Assembly: GCA_030390025.1 (NCBI GenBank)
Contig: CM059426.1
Span: 126,046,001 to 126,110,000 of the forward strand
Reading direction: 5' to 3'
Length of the DNA: 64,000 nt
Source of the DNA: Squalus acanthias
Lineage: Eukaryota
In this document: piece after piece, positions 11,310-24,369 of the stretch
Position numbering within the stretch: the first letter of the stretch is position 1
Layout of the letters: each line of letters opens with the position of its first letter
The notes under the pieces: model-generated
The model's database searches: none
The model's input: only the letters and a program-made list of their open reading frames with translations
What the model was told of the DNA's origin: nothing
Made by a program: the position numbers and the translations under genes

Positions 11310-13704
11310 GGGGCCTAGAAATTGGATACGGCCCGAAAACGGGTGGTGTCATGGCCAAGCGCTATTTAGCTGCGCCAGGTCAAAGTGGTCCAGGTAGCAC
11401 ACAAAATTCATGCTGAGTGCTCATTTACATGATTATAGTGCTGATCTCAGCGCTAAACGCGCTGCTCATTGGCTTACCGCGCAACAGGTGCAACAATATG
11501 GGTGCAGTCTAATTGCAAGTAATGTTTGGCCTCAGCATTCTCCACTACTTAAAGAGGAGGTTCTTTGATGCAGCAGCACCTCATGTCATTGTATTTAGAG
11601 CTCCACTTGGATTCAGTGCTGAACCTGCAAGAGACGGCTGAGCAGCAGCAGAGGGAAAGAGCCCGACGGTTCTCAGATGCGGCTCAGGAGGCACTGGTGG
11701 TGGCCGTGGAGAGAAGGCGGGCTGTCCTCTTCCCGCAGACTGGCAGGAAACCATCTGCCCATAAATCTCGAAGGCTCTGGCAGGAGATATCTGGATACGT
11801 GACTGGCCAACAGTGTGCTCCCCAGATCATGGATACAGTGCCCGCAAGAAGTTTAATGAGCTCACACGTCAGGTCAAGGTGAGTGAAGGCTTCAGCAAAT
11901 GCCATATCCCACCATCTGCACCACAAGCCTCACACACTGCTCAATGCACCACACCCCCAACACTCCCCTACCAACAATCTCAGACCTCACAATCATAGTT
12001 TCACTTCACCCTCACAACCTTGCCACTGCTGCAACACTCATACCCACATCTCACGCCTTGCACAAACTGAAAGCTATTCAACTATAGCAGGCACATCACC
12101 CAAACATATTGCACCACACTCACTGACGCACTTCCCTTTATCTTGCAGGGCTTTGATCGCTCACAAGCGCCGGGAGCAGCGGCAGACAGGTGGGGGGCGG
12201 GAAGCCGCAATACAGGCCTTGAGCCAACTGGAGGAGAGTGCGCTCGACATCATTGGAGGGGAAGTGACCGAGGCCGTGGCAATGGGCGAAGTTGAAGCCC
12301 TTGGGGACAACGGTATGCTCATTCCTAATCCTTCTTCTCCCATCCTACTTCCCCCTCATCCCACAATCTCTTCTCACTTACAAGCTGCTGATGCTGTATG
12401 CATGGCTATCTTGCTTTCCTCCCCCCACCCCTCACCACAACTTGACTCTTGTGTCTTTCTGTTTTCAGATAACCAAGAAGTGCCAGCCGCAGAGCCTGTC
12501 CCTGAAGCTATGGAGGAGAGTGAGAGAGAAGGCGGCACACCGTCACTGCATCTGACACTCGCAGACACCAGCTCAGAAACTGGCACTGTGTGGAATTTAG
12601 AGGGTAGTATAGAGGTGGAATCTGCACATGGTGAGGCACTGGGCATGAGTGAGCTGCAGCAAGGCCAAGGGGAAAGGGCAGCTCAGGGGCCAGTTCTCAG
12701 GAGGGCGAGTTTGCACGTGAGTTCTGCTGCACATAATTCAGATGAGGATCTCGATGTGGCAGCCTTCAGAATTACTAGGTTCAATGGCAAGCTTGCAAGA
12801 CAGCCTCTTGGCAATGTTAAGGAGCATGGAGGAGTCCGGCTCCAACATTGGCTGGGGCTTTGCACAGAGCTTGTAGCCCATGATTTCCAGGCTGGAAATG
12901 ATGGACAACTCCAGGAGACACCGTGTCGACCCAGACATGATACTGCATGTGATGGGCGATGTCAGGGCTGCCATTGCAGCACAGGCGGAAGTGACCCAAC
13001 ATCTTAGTGCTGCCACGAAAGCTCAGACTGCTGCCATCATGGCTGGGTTTACCAGTGTCGAAAGGGACTTGCAGGGTGTCGCAGCAGGCCAGCAATCTGT
13101 CCTCCAACAGATTGCTAGGAATGCTGAGGTGCCACTCCATGGGAATGGCAGTGGGTCTGTGGAGCAGTCTACAGCTCGGCCTTCTAGGTCCAGAGCTGGT
13201 TGAGGTCGTCCTGCAAGGCTATCTGAAGTCTCCCCCATGGAAACTCAGCAGTCTACCACCAGCTATGCTGCAGCCACTGGGGGAGCACTGCGTAGGAGCA
13301 TCAGAGGAGGAAAGGGCACCTGAACGACAGGCACTAAGAGATTGCACATGGATGATTAGTTGATATTGTATTTGTGAATTGAATAGCGATACATTTATGG
13401 TATGATGGGGATGCGGTTGATGAGGATGTGGTGAGGAACAGGGATCTGGGATTTCATTCACTGGAATCGGAGTCTGATGAGGCATTCACGGATAGCTCGT
13501 GCTGAAGGGGGGGGATTTGCTACCTGCCTCCTCCCTTCCTCAACCTCCTCTTCCTCTCCTTTGTCTTCTTCCTGAGGTGGTCCCGCAATTCCGGCTGGCA
13601 AGGACTGCACTCTCATGATGGCCAAGTTGTGAAGCACGCAGAAGACCACCATGAAATGGGACAACCGCTCCGCTGAGTACTGGAGGGCTCCTCCCGAGCG
13701 GTCT
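11310..13704 (+). mobile_element. PIF/Harbinger element copy B (Myb gene on +, transposase C-terminus on -), right end lost
   Basis: Left end gggcctagaaattgg; ERARRFSDAAQEALVVAVERRRAVLFP Myb domain; minus-strand RSGGALQYSAERLSHFMVVFCVLHNLAI (HARBI1-type C-terminus) at about 13470-13704. Confidence 0.85.
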
Positions 13705-15148
13705 TTAACGTAGTAAAACGTCCCAAGGCGCTTCACAGGAGTGTTATAAAACAAAATTTGATGCCGAGCCACATAAGGAGAAATTAGGGCAGATGACCAA
13801 AAGCTTGGTCAAAGAGGTAGGTTTTAAGGAGCGTCTTAAATGAGGGAAAGAAGTAGAGAGGCGGAGAGGTTAAGGGAGGGAATTCCAGAGCTTAGGTTCT
13901 AGGCAGCTGAAGGCACGGCCACCAATGGCTCAACAACAACAACTTGTATTGATATAGCACCTTTAACATAGTAAAACGTCCCAAGGTGCTGCACAGGAGT
14001 ATTTTAAGACAACAAATTTGACACCAATCCACATAAGGATAAATTAGGGCAGTGACCAAAAGCTTGGTCAAAGAGGTAGGTTTTAAGGAGCGTCTTAAGA
14101 GAGGTAGGAAAGGCGGAGAGGTTTAGGGAGGGAATTCCGGAGCTTAGAGCCTAGGCAACAGAAGGCACAACCAACAAAGCTTGAGCGATTATAATCAGAG
14201 ATGCTCAAGAGGGCAGAATTAGAGGAGCGCAGATATGTTGGGGGGTTGTGGGGCTGGTGGAAATTACTGAGATAGGGAGGGGCGAGGCCATGGAGGGATT
14301 TAAAAACAAGGATGAGAATTTTAAAATCAAGGCGTTGCTTAACCGGGAGCCAAGGTAGGTCAGCGAGCACAGGGGTGATGGGTGAACGGGACTTGGTGCG
14401 AGTTAGGACACAGGCAGCAGAGTTTTGATGACCCCAAGTTTACATAGGGTAGAATGTAGGAGGCCAGCCAGGAGTGCGTTGGAATATTCAAGTCTAGAGG
14501 TAGCAAAGGCACGGATGAGGGTTTTAGCAGCAGATGAGCTGAGGCAGGGGCAGAGACGGGCGATGTTAAAGGTGGAAATAGGTGGTCTTAGTTATGTCGC
14601 GGATATGTGGTCGGAAGCTCATTTCAGGGTCAAATATGACACCAAGGTTGTGAACAGTCTGGTTCAGCCTCAGACAGATGCTAGGGAGAAGGATGGGGTT
14701 GGTGGCTAGGGAGAGGAGTTTGTGGTGGGGACCGAAGACGATGGCTTCGGTCTTCCCAATATTTAATTGGAGAAAATTTCTGCACATCCTGTACTGGATG
14801 TCGGACAAGCAGTCTGACAACTTAGAGACAGCGGAGGGGTCGAGAAATGGTAGTGAGGTAGAGCGGAGTGTCGTCAGCGTACACGTGGAAACTGACACTA
14901 TGTTTTCAGATGAGGTCTTCGAGGGGCAGCATGCAGATGAGAATTAAGAGGGGTCCAAGGATAGATCTTTGGGGGACACCAGAGGTAACGATGCAGGAGC
15001 AGGAAGAACAGCCATTGCAGGTGATTCTCTGGTGATTCTATTAGATAGATATGAATGGAACCAGGTGAGTACAGTCCCACCCAGCAGGATGACGGTGGAG
15101 AGGCGTTGGAGGAGGATGGAGTGGTCAACCGTGTCAAAGACTGCAGTT
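13705..15148 (-). mobile_element. L2 LINE 3' region, with an extra 3'-end fragment at 13705-13930
   Basis: LPWLPVKQRLDFKILILVFKSLHGLAPPYLS, HVYADDT, LQLNIGKTEAIVFG; (gtt)n tail near 13931. Confidence 0.88.
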
Positions 15149-16165
15149 TCAGCCAGCAGTGCTGAGTGGATGATCGATCTTGGCCTCCTCCTGAGGTCCC
15201 CACCATCACAGTCTGATGCCAGTATTCAGCCAATTCGATTCACTTTATATGATATCAAGAAACGGCTGAACTCACTGGATAGGATAAAGGCTGTGATCCC
15301 TGACAACATCCTAGCTGTAGTGCTGAAGACTTGTGTTCCAGAACTAGCCTTGCCTCTTGCCAAGCTGTTCCAGTACAGCTACAATACTGGCATTTACCCA
15401 ACAAAGTGGAAAAATGCCCAGGTATGTCCTGTCCACAAAAAGCAGGACAAATCCAATCCGGCCAATTACTACCCCATCAGTCTTCTCTAAATCATCAGCA
15501 AAGTGATGGAAGGTGTCATCGACAATGTTATTTACTGTAATTGCCATATACTCCCCATAACCTGCTAACTGAAGCCCAGTTTGGGCTCTGCCAGGGTCAC
15601 TTGGCTCCAGACCTTATTACAGCCTTGGTCCAAACATGGACAAAAGAACTGAATTCTAGAGGGGAGGTGGGAGTGACTGCCGTTGACATCAAGGCAGCAT
15701 TTGACCGAGTGTGGCACCAAGAGCCCTAGTAAAATTGAAGTCAATGGAGATCAGGGGGAAAAACTCTCCACTGGCTGGAGCCATACCTAGCACAAAGGAA
15801 GATGGTTGTGGTTGCTGGAATCCAAGCATCTCAACCCAGGACATCACTGCAGGAGTTCCTCAGGGCAGTGTCCTAGGGCCAATCATATTCAATGACGTTC
15901 GTTGATGATTGCACAGTGTTCAGTTCCATTTGCAATTCTTCAGATAATGAAGCAGACTGTGTCCACATGCAGCAAGACCTGGACAACATCCAGGCTTGGA
16001 CTGATAAGTGGCAAGTAACATTTGTGCCACACAAGTGCCAGGCAATGACCATCTCCAACAAGAGAGAGTCTAATCACCTCCCCCGACATTCAATAGTATT
16101 ACCATTGTCGAATCCCACACCATCAACATCCTGGGGGTCACCACTGACCAGAAACTTAACTGGTG
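15149..16165 (+). mobile_element. Degenerate LINE RT fragment (second CR1/L2-group family)
   Basis: CPVHKKQDKSNPANYYPISLL, DIKAAFDRVWH, GVPQGSVLGP, FVDDCT. Confidence 0.85.
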
Positions 16166-16348
16166 TTGTTAACAAAAATTGTTTTGAGTATTCAGATTAC
16201 GTGGTCAGTTTGGCTATAACAAAATGTTAGTTCTTAAACGTTATTGAATTCTTCCCTTTCACCACTGACAATCTAAATAGGAAAAGCTTTTTATGCATTT
16301 CCTTTTGGAGGAAAAGAAAACAACACTGTATAATACAAACAAATGGAA

Positions 16349-16354
16349 TTTATT
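16349..16354 (-). terminator. Candidate TMEM175 polyadenylation signal (AATAAA)
   Basis: AATAAA on the minus strand about 1.1 kb past the stop, followed by a GT/T-rich tract (gtttgtattatacagtgttgttttcttttc). Other AATAAA hexamers lie nearer the stop, so this choice is not unique. Confidence 0.45.
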
Positions 16355-17445
16355 TAAAAATGTCACAACTGTACATTATCAATAATATATGGTTGGTTTA
16401 AATTTTAACAACTTTCAGAATGATCAACATCAGCAGACAAGCATTTGAAAAGTTCAACATGTACAAAGAATAAGATGCCATTTTAACAACAGCTTCATTT
16501 CAAGGATTTTATGCTAAAGGTTAAGAACTGCTTTAGCATTTTACATAATTCATTCTATAGTGCAAGAATTTTTTTCCAGTTTATTCAAAGAATGCTATTA
16601 AATGCACTGTTCATCCTGCAATTTATTTCCATGCCTTTTCAGATTATTTAGTTTTACAGCTGCAACAACAACATCATTTAAGCAATAATGAACAACCACT
16701 TAAATTGTAACAGACACTGAGGACAGGCATGTGGAATGAAGGACCAATCTGTGGGATACAGATATACTGTTTCAGATGATTAGTTTGCTCAGGAATGATT
16801 ATTTGCATCAGGGTAAACAGGGCTTTCATTTCAAGAGTGTTTAGTACTTAAAAACAGGTAACAATCGGCAAAACAACTAAACTCCCTTAGTAACGGACTT
16901 GTACACGATTTGACACTCTGGGTTAAGAGATAATATTGTGCACATTTTTTTTTAGAAAAAAATAATGAAAAAAAATGTAATTAAGAATCAAGTAGTGTTT
17001 TAAGTAAAGCAAAGAGGCAAAATTAAAACTTTACATAATGTAGAAGTCACTTTTGAAAATTATGCTGAACCATATCCTTACTGTAACAATAAAACTGAAA
17101 TTACAGCATTACAAAATTATTCAACCTTTAAAAACATCAAAATGAAGACATATGTAGAACATTAAGACAAAAATTAGGAATAAAATATGTAACGTTATTT
17201 TGATAACCAAGAAAAGTCACTTTCCACCACTTCCTTTTTGGGCAGTGTTGGCACATAACAGGATTATACCATAGCATACTTTATTTCCACCTAAAAGTTG
17301 CTTTTGATGGTCTTTGATGTGTTAAGGTGCGACATAAAAATAGTAATAGTGGAAATGGGGCAAATGATCACAAACAAAGTTCAAACATGCATGTACATGA
17401 ACGTATTAAACCATACGTTCTGAATCTGGATGCTCTACTGAACTG

Positions 17446-18112
17446 TTATGATGTAGCCTCACTTACAGAGATGACAGATTCTTCTTCCTCTTTTAATATT
17501 GATGTCCTTGGTTTTAATCGACTGAATAACCATGTCAGAATAGCCAGAGCAATTCGGACAATGATTCGTAAAAGAACAAATGCAAAAGGAACAATAATTT
17601 GCATCAAATGGAAAATTTCAGTGCTAAACTTACTTAAAACATATGTCAGACAGAACGTAACAAAGGCCACAGAAGGGTAAAGTGAAAGCTTGGCAAACAT
17701 AAATGCATGTTCTTTGCCCCCGTACCGAATATGACGATGCAGGGTTTCCTTTTCATGGTAAAGTGCTGCAGCCCATATTGCAAACTGAAAGAGACTTGCA
17801 AGAAAAATAATAACACAACTGATTTGAATGGCCTCAAGTTCATTACGTGACTTGGCGGCAAATTCGTGGGTGAGCCGAAAGGCCAATGGAAGTCCACCAA
17901 TGAAAGCCAGTGAGAGTGTGTTCAGGAGGCCCATTAGTCTTGTTGTCTTAGTGATGTAGAGGAAGAGTGAATGGTGAACAAACCAGAGAAGGCCAACAGT
18001 CACAAATGAACCAAAATAAGCCAGGAATTCTGGACCGTACTCACTAAGTGCTTCAATAAGTTTGCCATGGAACTTCTCTGTAACTTCTTTAGGTTCAGGG
18101 ACATTGTCCTCA
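17446..18112 (-). CDS. TMEM175: TMEM175 last coding exon (EDNVPEPKEV...SVSEATS*, 667 nt)
   Basis: tgttacag|T GAG GAC; split codon TG+T = Cys. Strong similarity to human FLAYFGSFATVGLLWFAHHSLF...HVLMFAKLALYP. All exons join in frame to 522 aa plus stop. Confidence 0.97.
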
Positions 18113-18525
18113 CTGTAACAAGAATATGCAAATAAAGTTATAAGAAAACTCAATAAAGCCATTAATTCACTTCATGACTAATTTTATACAACAATTGGCA
18201 TTTACCATAAAAACATCCCAAGCATCTCACAAACAAACATAACTAAGGTAAAACGATGCTGAGCCAGGGAAGGGAGAGATTAGAAAGATTGACAGAAAGT
18301 TTGGTCAACAAAATAGGTTTTGAGATGGTTTTTAAAGGTGGAGTGAGAAGTGGCAAGGTAGAGAAATGAGCTAGAGAGAGAGAAAGCTGCGGCAAGGAAA
18401 GCACAGAAGATTGGAGTTAGAGGAACAGAGTATTCGGGAGAGGATATAGGAGGACATTGAGGAATTTGTAAATGATGAGGTTTTAAATTAATGGATTGAG
18501 GATTAAGGAGCAAATGTAGCTTTGC

Positions 18526-18821
18526 AAAGAAAGACTTGCATTTACATAGCGCCTTTCACGACCACCGGACATCTCAAAGCGCTTTACAGCCAATGAAGTA
18601 CTATTTGAAGTGTAGTCACTCTTGTAATGTTGGAAACCCGGCAGCCAATTTGCACACAGCAAGGTCCTGCAAACAGCAATGTGATAATGACCAGATAATG
18701 TTTTTTTTTGTTATGTTGGTTGAGGGATAAATATTGGCCAGGACACTGGGGATAACTCCCCTGCTCTTCTTCGAAATAGTGCCATGGGATCTTTTACGTC
18801 CACCTGAGAGAGCAGACGGGG

Positions 18822-18852
<31 letters not shown>

Positions 18853-18992
18853 ACCTCCGACAGTGCAGCACTCCCTCAGCACTGCACTGGAGTGTCAGCC
18901 TAGCTTTATGTGCTCAAGTCCCTGAAGTGGGACTTGAACCCACAACCTTCTGACTCAGAGGCGAGTGTGCTACCAACTGAGCCACAGCTGAC
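18526..18992 (-). mobile_element. tRNA-derived SINE with L2-like tail (SacSINE1/DeuSINE-like)
   Basis: A box TGGCTCAGTTGG, B box GGTTCAAGTCC; 3' tail resembles the L2 end at 13.9 kb. The family name is from recall. Confidence 0.85.
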
Positions 18993-20718
18993 ACTGACAA
19001 AGAAGGGAGAGATGAGTGAGAAGCAATGCATGACATGATATGGTTAGCAGCGTTGGAGAAGTTGGAATGTATAGAGGGTGGAGGATAAATCACATGGGTA
19101 TACAAGACAATGTAATTTTTAAAAGAGTTGTCCTACTGCATAATCACTATATTTTATTCTCAATAAATTATTACATCAAAGAGATACTTGTAAAGGGACG
19201 CATGCAAAGTCAACTGTGGAATACTGAAAGTATTCCAAGAGCAAGGAAGACTTGATTAACATATGACTGCCACAGTAACAATTATAAAGGTCTTCTTTAC
19301 TCAAATAAATTCTATAATAAGAGTACCCAAGTATTATCTATCTCTGTGTGTTTTAAGGCTTTATTGTATCAGAATTAAAGTTTTCTGAACTAAGATGCAT
19401 ATAAATAGTGATTAAAAAATTCATTAGAATGTTTAAAAACAAAACTATTAACATTGCACTCATATTAAAGCAATGTTTTGTTGTTTTTATGGAAAAGTCT
19501 GAAAATGTTTTTGCTTGTTTTACAAACAAAGGGGACTAAAGTGGATAGCCTCCGAAAACAGGCGTGGGGATTGCGATGCACGATTAACCCTTGCCCAGTG
19601 ATTGCAATGCAGGCAGCACGCAAGTTTTATGCTACCTGCTCATTTAAATGATCTGTGTCCAACGAGCGCTAACCACGCTGTTCATTGGCTGGATGCGTCA
19701 GCAGGAGGTCAATATCGTGAGAGGCTGGCACCAGTTAAAGCTAGCCTGCACTGCTTAAAGCTAGCCTGTACCTCTTAAAAGGGAGGTGCACTGTTGCTGG
19801 AGCAGGTGCTGGGAGTCATGATTCAAGAGATTCTGACCTGGGAAAAGAGTGAGGAATGGCAGAACAGGGGAGAGAGCGGGCTCCAAGATTTTTGGATGCT
19901 GCACTGGAGGTCTTGGTGGAGGAGGTGGAAAGGAGGAGAGAAATCCTGTATCCGCAGGGAGGAAGGAAGCCCTCCAGACACACAGTCAAAAGGCAGTGGG
20001 AGAAGATAACCATGGAGGTCAATGCCAGAGGTCAAGCCCCGAGGACCTGGATGCAGTGTCGCAAGAAGTTCAACAACCTCACGAGTGGTCAAGGTCAGTG
20101 AATGCATCTTCAAATGCCATATCCTCAGCCACTGCTCAAATCACCACAGCCCCTCCCCCCCGCCAATCACTCACCTACCAACAATCTCTATCAATCAGGC
20201 CTCATATCTAACATTCATATGCTTAACCTCACCTTCACACACTTAGTACTGCTGCAAGCCTCACACCCACATCTCATCTTGTACACACTGCCAGCTATTC
20301 AACCATGACAGCCACATCAGCCAAACAGATTGCACAACACTCACTGACACACTTCCCTCTCTCTTGCAGGACAAGATGGCGCACAACCAGATGGAGCAGA
20401 GGCTAACCGGAAGGGCATAGGCACGCCTTTATGTCCTAACTCCCATGGAGGAGATGGTGCTGGCCGTTATTGGAATGGCCATTGCTGAGATTGTGACCAG
20501 CGGCGGGACTGAAACCATCGACGATGACAGTATCCTCACACCTAATCCTCGTTTCCACATCCCACTTTCTCCTCATCCCACATTCTCTTCCGAGATGGTG
20601 TAAGCATGCCCTCTTACTTTCTCCCCCTTCCCGCACCACACCATACTCTTGTGCCTTTTTCCTTTCAGATACCCAAGAGGTGGAACTTGGCCAGGCAGTG
20701 GAGGAACACCAAGAAGAG

Positions 20719-22259
20719 GTTAGCCTAACATCTGTGGTAGGTAAAATTTTGGAGTCCATTATTAAGGAAACAGTAACAGGACATTTGGATAATCATAATT
20801 TAATAGGACAAAGTCAGCATGGTTTTACGAAGGGGAAGTCATGTTTGACAAATTTGCTGGAGTTCTTTGAGGAAGTAACATATAGAGTGGATAAAGGGGA
20901 ACCAGTGGACGTAGTGTATTTAGACTTCCAAAAGGCATTTGACAAGGTGCCACACAAAAGATTATTGCTTAAGGTAAAAAATCACGGGATTGGGGGTAAT
21001 ATTCTGGCATGGATAGAGGATTGGCTATCTAACAGAAAGCAAAGAGTTGGGATAAATGGTTCATTCTCAGACTGGCAATCAGTAACTAGTGGTGTTCCAC
21101 AGGGGTCAGTGCTGGGTCCCCAACTCTTCACAATCTATATTAACGATTTGGAGGAAGGGACCAAGTGTAACATATCAAAATTTGCAGATGATACAAAGAT
21201 GGGAGGGAAAGTAGTGAGTGAGGAGGACATAAGAAACCTGCAAGAGGACATGGACAGGCTAAGTAAGTGGGCAGAGATTTGGCAGATGGAATACAACACT
21301 GGAAAGTGTGAGGTGATGCACTTTGGCAGGAAAAATCCTAGAGCAATTTATTATCTTAATGGCAAGAAACTGGAGAGTACTGAAGTGCAAAGGGATCTGG
21401 GGGTCCTGGTGCACGAAACTCAAAAGGTTAGTATGCAGGTGCAGCAAGTGATTAAGAAGACAAATGGAATGTTGGCTTTCATTGCTAGGGGGATAGAATA
21501 TAAAAATAGGGCGGTATTGCTTCAGTTGTACAAGGTATTGGTGAGACCGCACCTGGAATACTGCATACAGTTTTGGTGTCCTTACTTAAGGAAAGACATC
21601 CTTGCTCTCGAGGCAGTGCAAAAAAGGTTCACTCGGTTAATCCCGGGGATGAGGGGGTGGTCATATGAGGAGAGGTTGGGTAGATTGGGACTCTACTCAT
21701 TGGAGTTCAGAAGAATGAGAGGCGATCTTATTGAAACATATAAGATTGTGAAGGGGTTGGATCGGGTGGATGCGGGGAGGATGTTCCCGATGACGGGTGA
21801 GACTAGAACTAGGGGACATAGTCTTAGAATAAGGGGCTGCTCTTTCAAAACTGAGATGAGGAGGAACTACTTCACTCAGAGGGTGGTAGGTCCATGGAAT
21901 ATGCTGCCACAAAAAGCTGTAGAAGCTACATCATTAAATAAATTTAAAACAGAAATAGACAGTTTCCTAGAAGTAAAGGGCATTAAGGGTTACGGGGAGC
22001 GGGCAGGAATTTGGACATGAGTCTAGGTTCGGATCGGTCATGGCCCTGTGGGTAGTGGAGCGGGCCCAGGGACCGTGTAGCCTGATTCTGCTCCTATTTC
22101 GTGTGTGCAATTCTGTTAGATGCAGGAGATGGTTCTGTGATAGATAGTAGATTGGCGGTTAGGATCAGATCAGCCATGATCTTATTGAATGGCGGAGCAG
22201 GCTCGAGGGGCCGATTGGCCTACTCCTGCTCCTATTTCTTATGTTCTTATGTTCTTATG
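20719..22259 (+). mobile_element. Relatively young 5'-truncated CR1 LINE with an uninterrupted RT frame
   Basis: Open frame from VSLTSVVGK through GVPQGSVLGP and KFADDTK to the stop at 22020; (ttcttatg)3 tail. Confidence 0.95.
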
Positions 22260-22975
22260 AAGACACAGCACCGTGGCTCAATTTCATACTCGCAGCCACC
22301 AGCTCAGCTACTGACACTGCACGTATCTTAGCGGATAGATTAGAAGTAGGATTTGCACGTGGTGTGACACCAGGCATGAGTGGTCTGCAGTCAGGGCAGG
22401 GGGCAAGGATAATGCAAGTGCCAGCTCGCCGAAGGGTGAGGTCGCAGACGGGTTCCACTGCAGAGGTCTCAGATGATGACTTCAATAGAGCAACCTACAG
22501 AAGAAGGCTGATGGGTATGCACAACAAAATGCTTGGTGCATTGGGAGCCTGCCAGAAAGCCTGCGGTCAATGTCAAGGAGCATGGAGGAGTCCAGCACCA
22601 ACTTGGCACAGGGCTTTGTGCAGAGTGTAGTGGCCAAATCCGTTTGCACACTTGTGGATCCAACCACAATGCAGGCTGACGGCCGATGTCGCAGCTCCCA
22701 TTGCAGCACAAGCAGCAGCCATGCAATGTCCGAGTGCTGCAGGCCAGCTTGCTGCCATGCAAGCTCAGACTGCTGCCATTATGGTTGTGGATTAGTGTGC
22801 AAAGGGCTTGCAGTGTGTCACAGCAGTGCAGCAATCTGTCCTCCAACAGATTACTAGGACTGCTGAGGCGCCAACCCGGAGAAGTGGCAGTGGCTCCGTG
22901 GAGCATGAACCTGCTGTCCTCTCTCAGGAAGACAGGATTCGGCCTCCCACCCCTGCCACGCTGCCCGTGCCCTTA

Positions 22976-23150
22976 AATGTTCCCTTTAAGCTGCGTGGCC
23001 GCGCAGTGCTCTGGAGCTCTCGCGCAGCTGGCTCTAGTAGCCACAGCATTTACACTTTTAAATGGGAAAAACTGTGCATGCGCGGTATTTTGAATGGACC
23101 GCGCAGCCTCTTAAAGGGGCCGCACACCCCCAAAAAAATTAAAGGGCACC
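22976..23150. mobile_element. Small MITE nested in Harbinger C
   Basis: Inverted ends tgttccctttaa / ttaaagggcac; interrupts sequence otherwise colinear with copy B. Confidence 0.5.
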
Positions 23151-24369
23151 CCAGCCAGCTGCTGCCCATGCCGAGATGCTACAGTCCGCAGCCGGGCCTT
23201 CTAGGCCCAGAGCTGCTCGAAGTCATCCTCCAAGGCCATCTGCAGTCTCCTGCACTGAAATTCACCAGCTATGCTGCAGCCACTGGGGTAGTACTGCTTA
23301 GGAGCACTAGGACAAAAAAAGGCACATTGAAGACTTTTGTAAGCAATATGGCATACAAATATTCATTTATAAATTTGGTTTGGAATGTTTATTTTGCGGT
23401 GGCTTTTATTTTTGCATTGTGGACAAGCGGACACGGTGATGGTCAGTGACAGGGGAAAAGGTAAGGTGTGGGACTGTTGGTGAATGTGAAATTGGGGTTG
23501 CTTGCCTCCTTCCTTCCTCTTTCTCCTGCTCCTCAGCTGCTCGCCGTATAGCTGGTGGCAACAGCTGTGCCCTCATGATGGCAAGGTTGTGCAGCATGTG
23601 GCAGACTACCATGAATTTTGACACCCACTCTGCCAAGAACAGCAGGGCTCCTCCAGAGCGGTCCAGGCAATCCTTTAAATAGCGCTGGTGGGGGTACCTT
23701 CCAGCTGCTGAACGCATGTTCAGCTGTGTGAGCTTAAGAGAGGGCGTTGGCTGGAGTGTTGAGCTCCAAAATGGCAGTGCTGGCGTCAAATCAGCATTGC
23801 ACGCTGATTGACATCATGATCTGCCTGCTCTGCATACTTCCGATGGACGTACTAACCAATATGGCGTCTGGTGCGATTCGCCCCACACATACATCGGATG
23901 CCATTTTGGCACCCAAAGAGACCAAACAACGGGAGCTACCAATCCCAATTTCACGCCGAAGATATCTTACGTTGAAAATGATCATTCCATAATTTGCGCG
24001 CAATGCCCTTGTGATAAAAATGATTGATAGCTCTTCTCCCTCTCGAAAATGAGTTCACCAAATATTTTCTCAAAGATAGTGGCCTTTTAATTGGATAACT
24101 TCGTTTTCTCATGAGTTATAACTCTTGAGAAATGTTCCTCCTGACCCCAAATTCAAATAGCTTATGTTACTGGACGAATAATCCAGAAGCCTGGACTAAT
24201 AATACATAGAAATATGAGTTCAAATCTGCAGTTTGAGAATTTGAATTCAGTTAAAAAAAAATCTGGAATAAAAGTGAGCATGAAGCTGTCGTAGAAACCC
24301 AACTGGTTCACTAATGTTCTCTAGGGAAGGAAACCAGCCGTCCTTACCCAGTCTAGCCAAAGAATAAGA

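Larger units (their letters stand above)
19532..23958 (+). mobile_element. PIF/Harbinger element copy C (3-exon Myb gene, transposase reduced to its C-terminus), with nested CR1 and MITE
   Basis: Myb exon 19856-20093 ERAPRFLDAALEVLVEEVERRREILY...RTWMQCRKKFNNLT; minus-strand CLDRSGGALL...VVCHMLHNLAIMR at about 23500-23672; probable AAG TSD. Confidence 0.85.

Noticed and set aside
18925-18992. tRNA gene
   Set aside because: The A and B boxes belong to a SINE head that continues into the SINE body; I could not find a complete cloverleaf.
20524-22020. 498-aa ORF as a novel Myb-RT fusion gene
   Set aside because: The N-terminal part is Harbinger intron/exon sequence running by chance into a 5'-truncated CR1 RT, and the upstream Myb exon is frameshifted.
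1226-22259. CR1 targeting the same site in Harbinger copies A and C
   Set aside because: Relative to copy B the two insertion points are several hundred bp apart; they only look alike because of a deletion in copy A.
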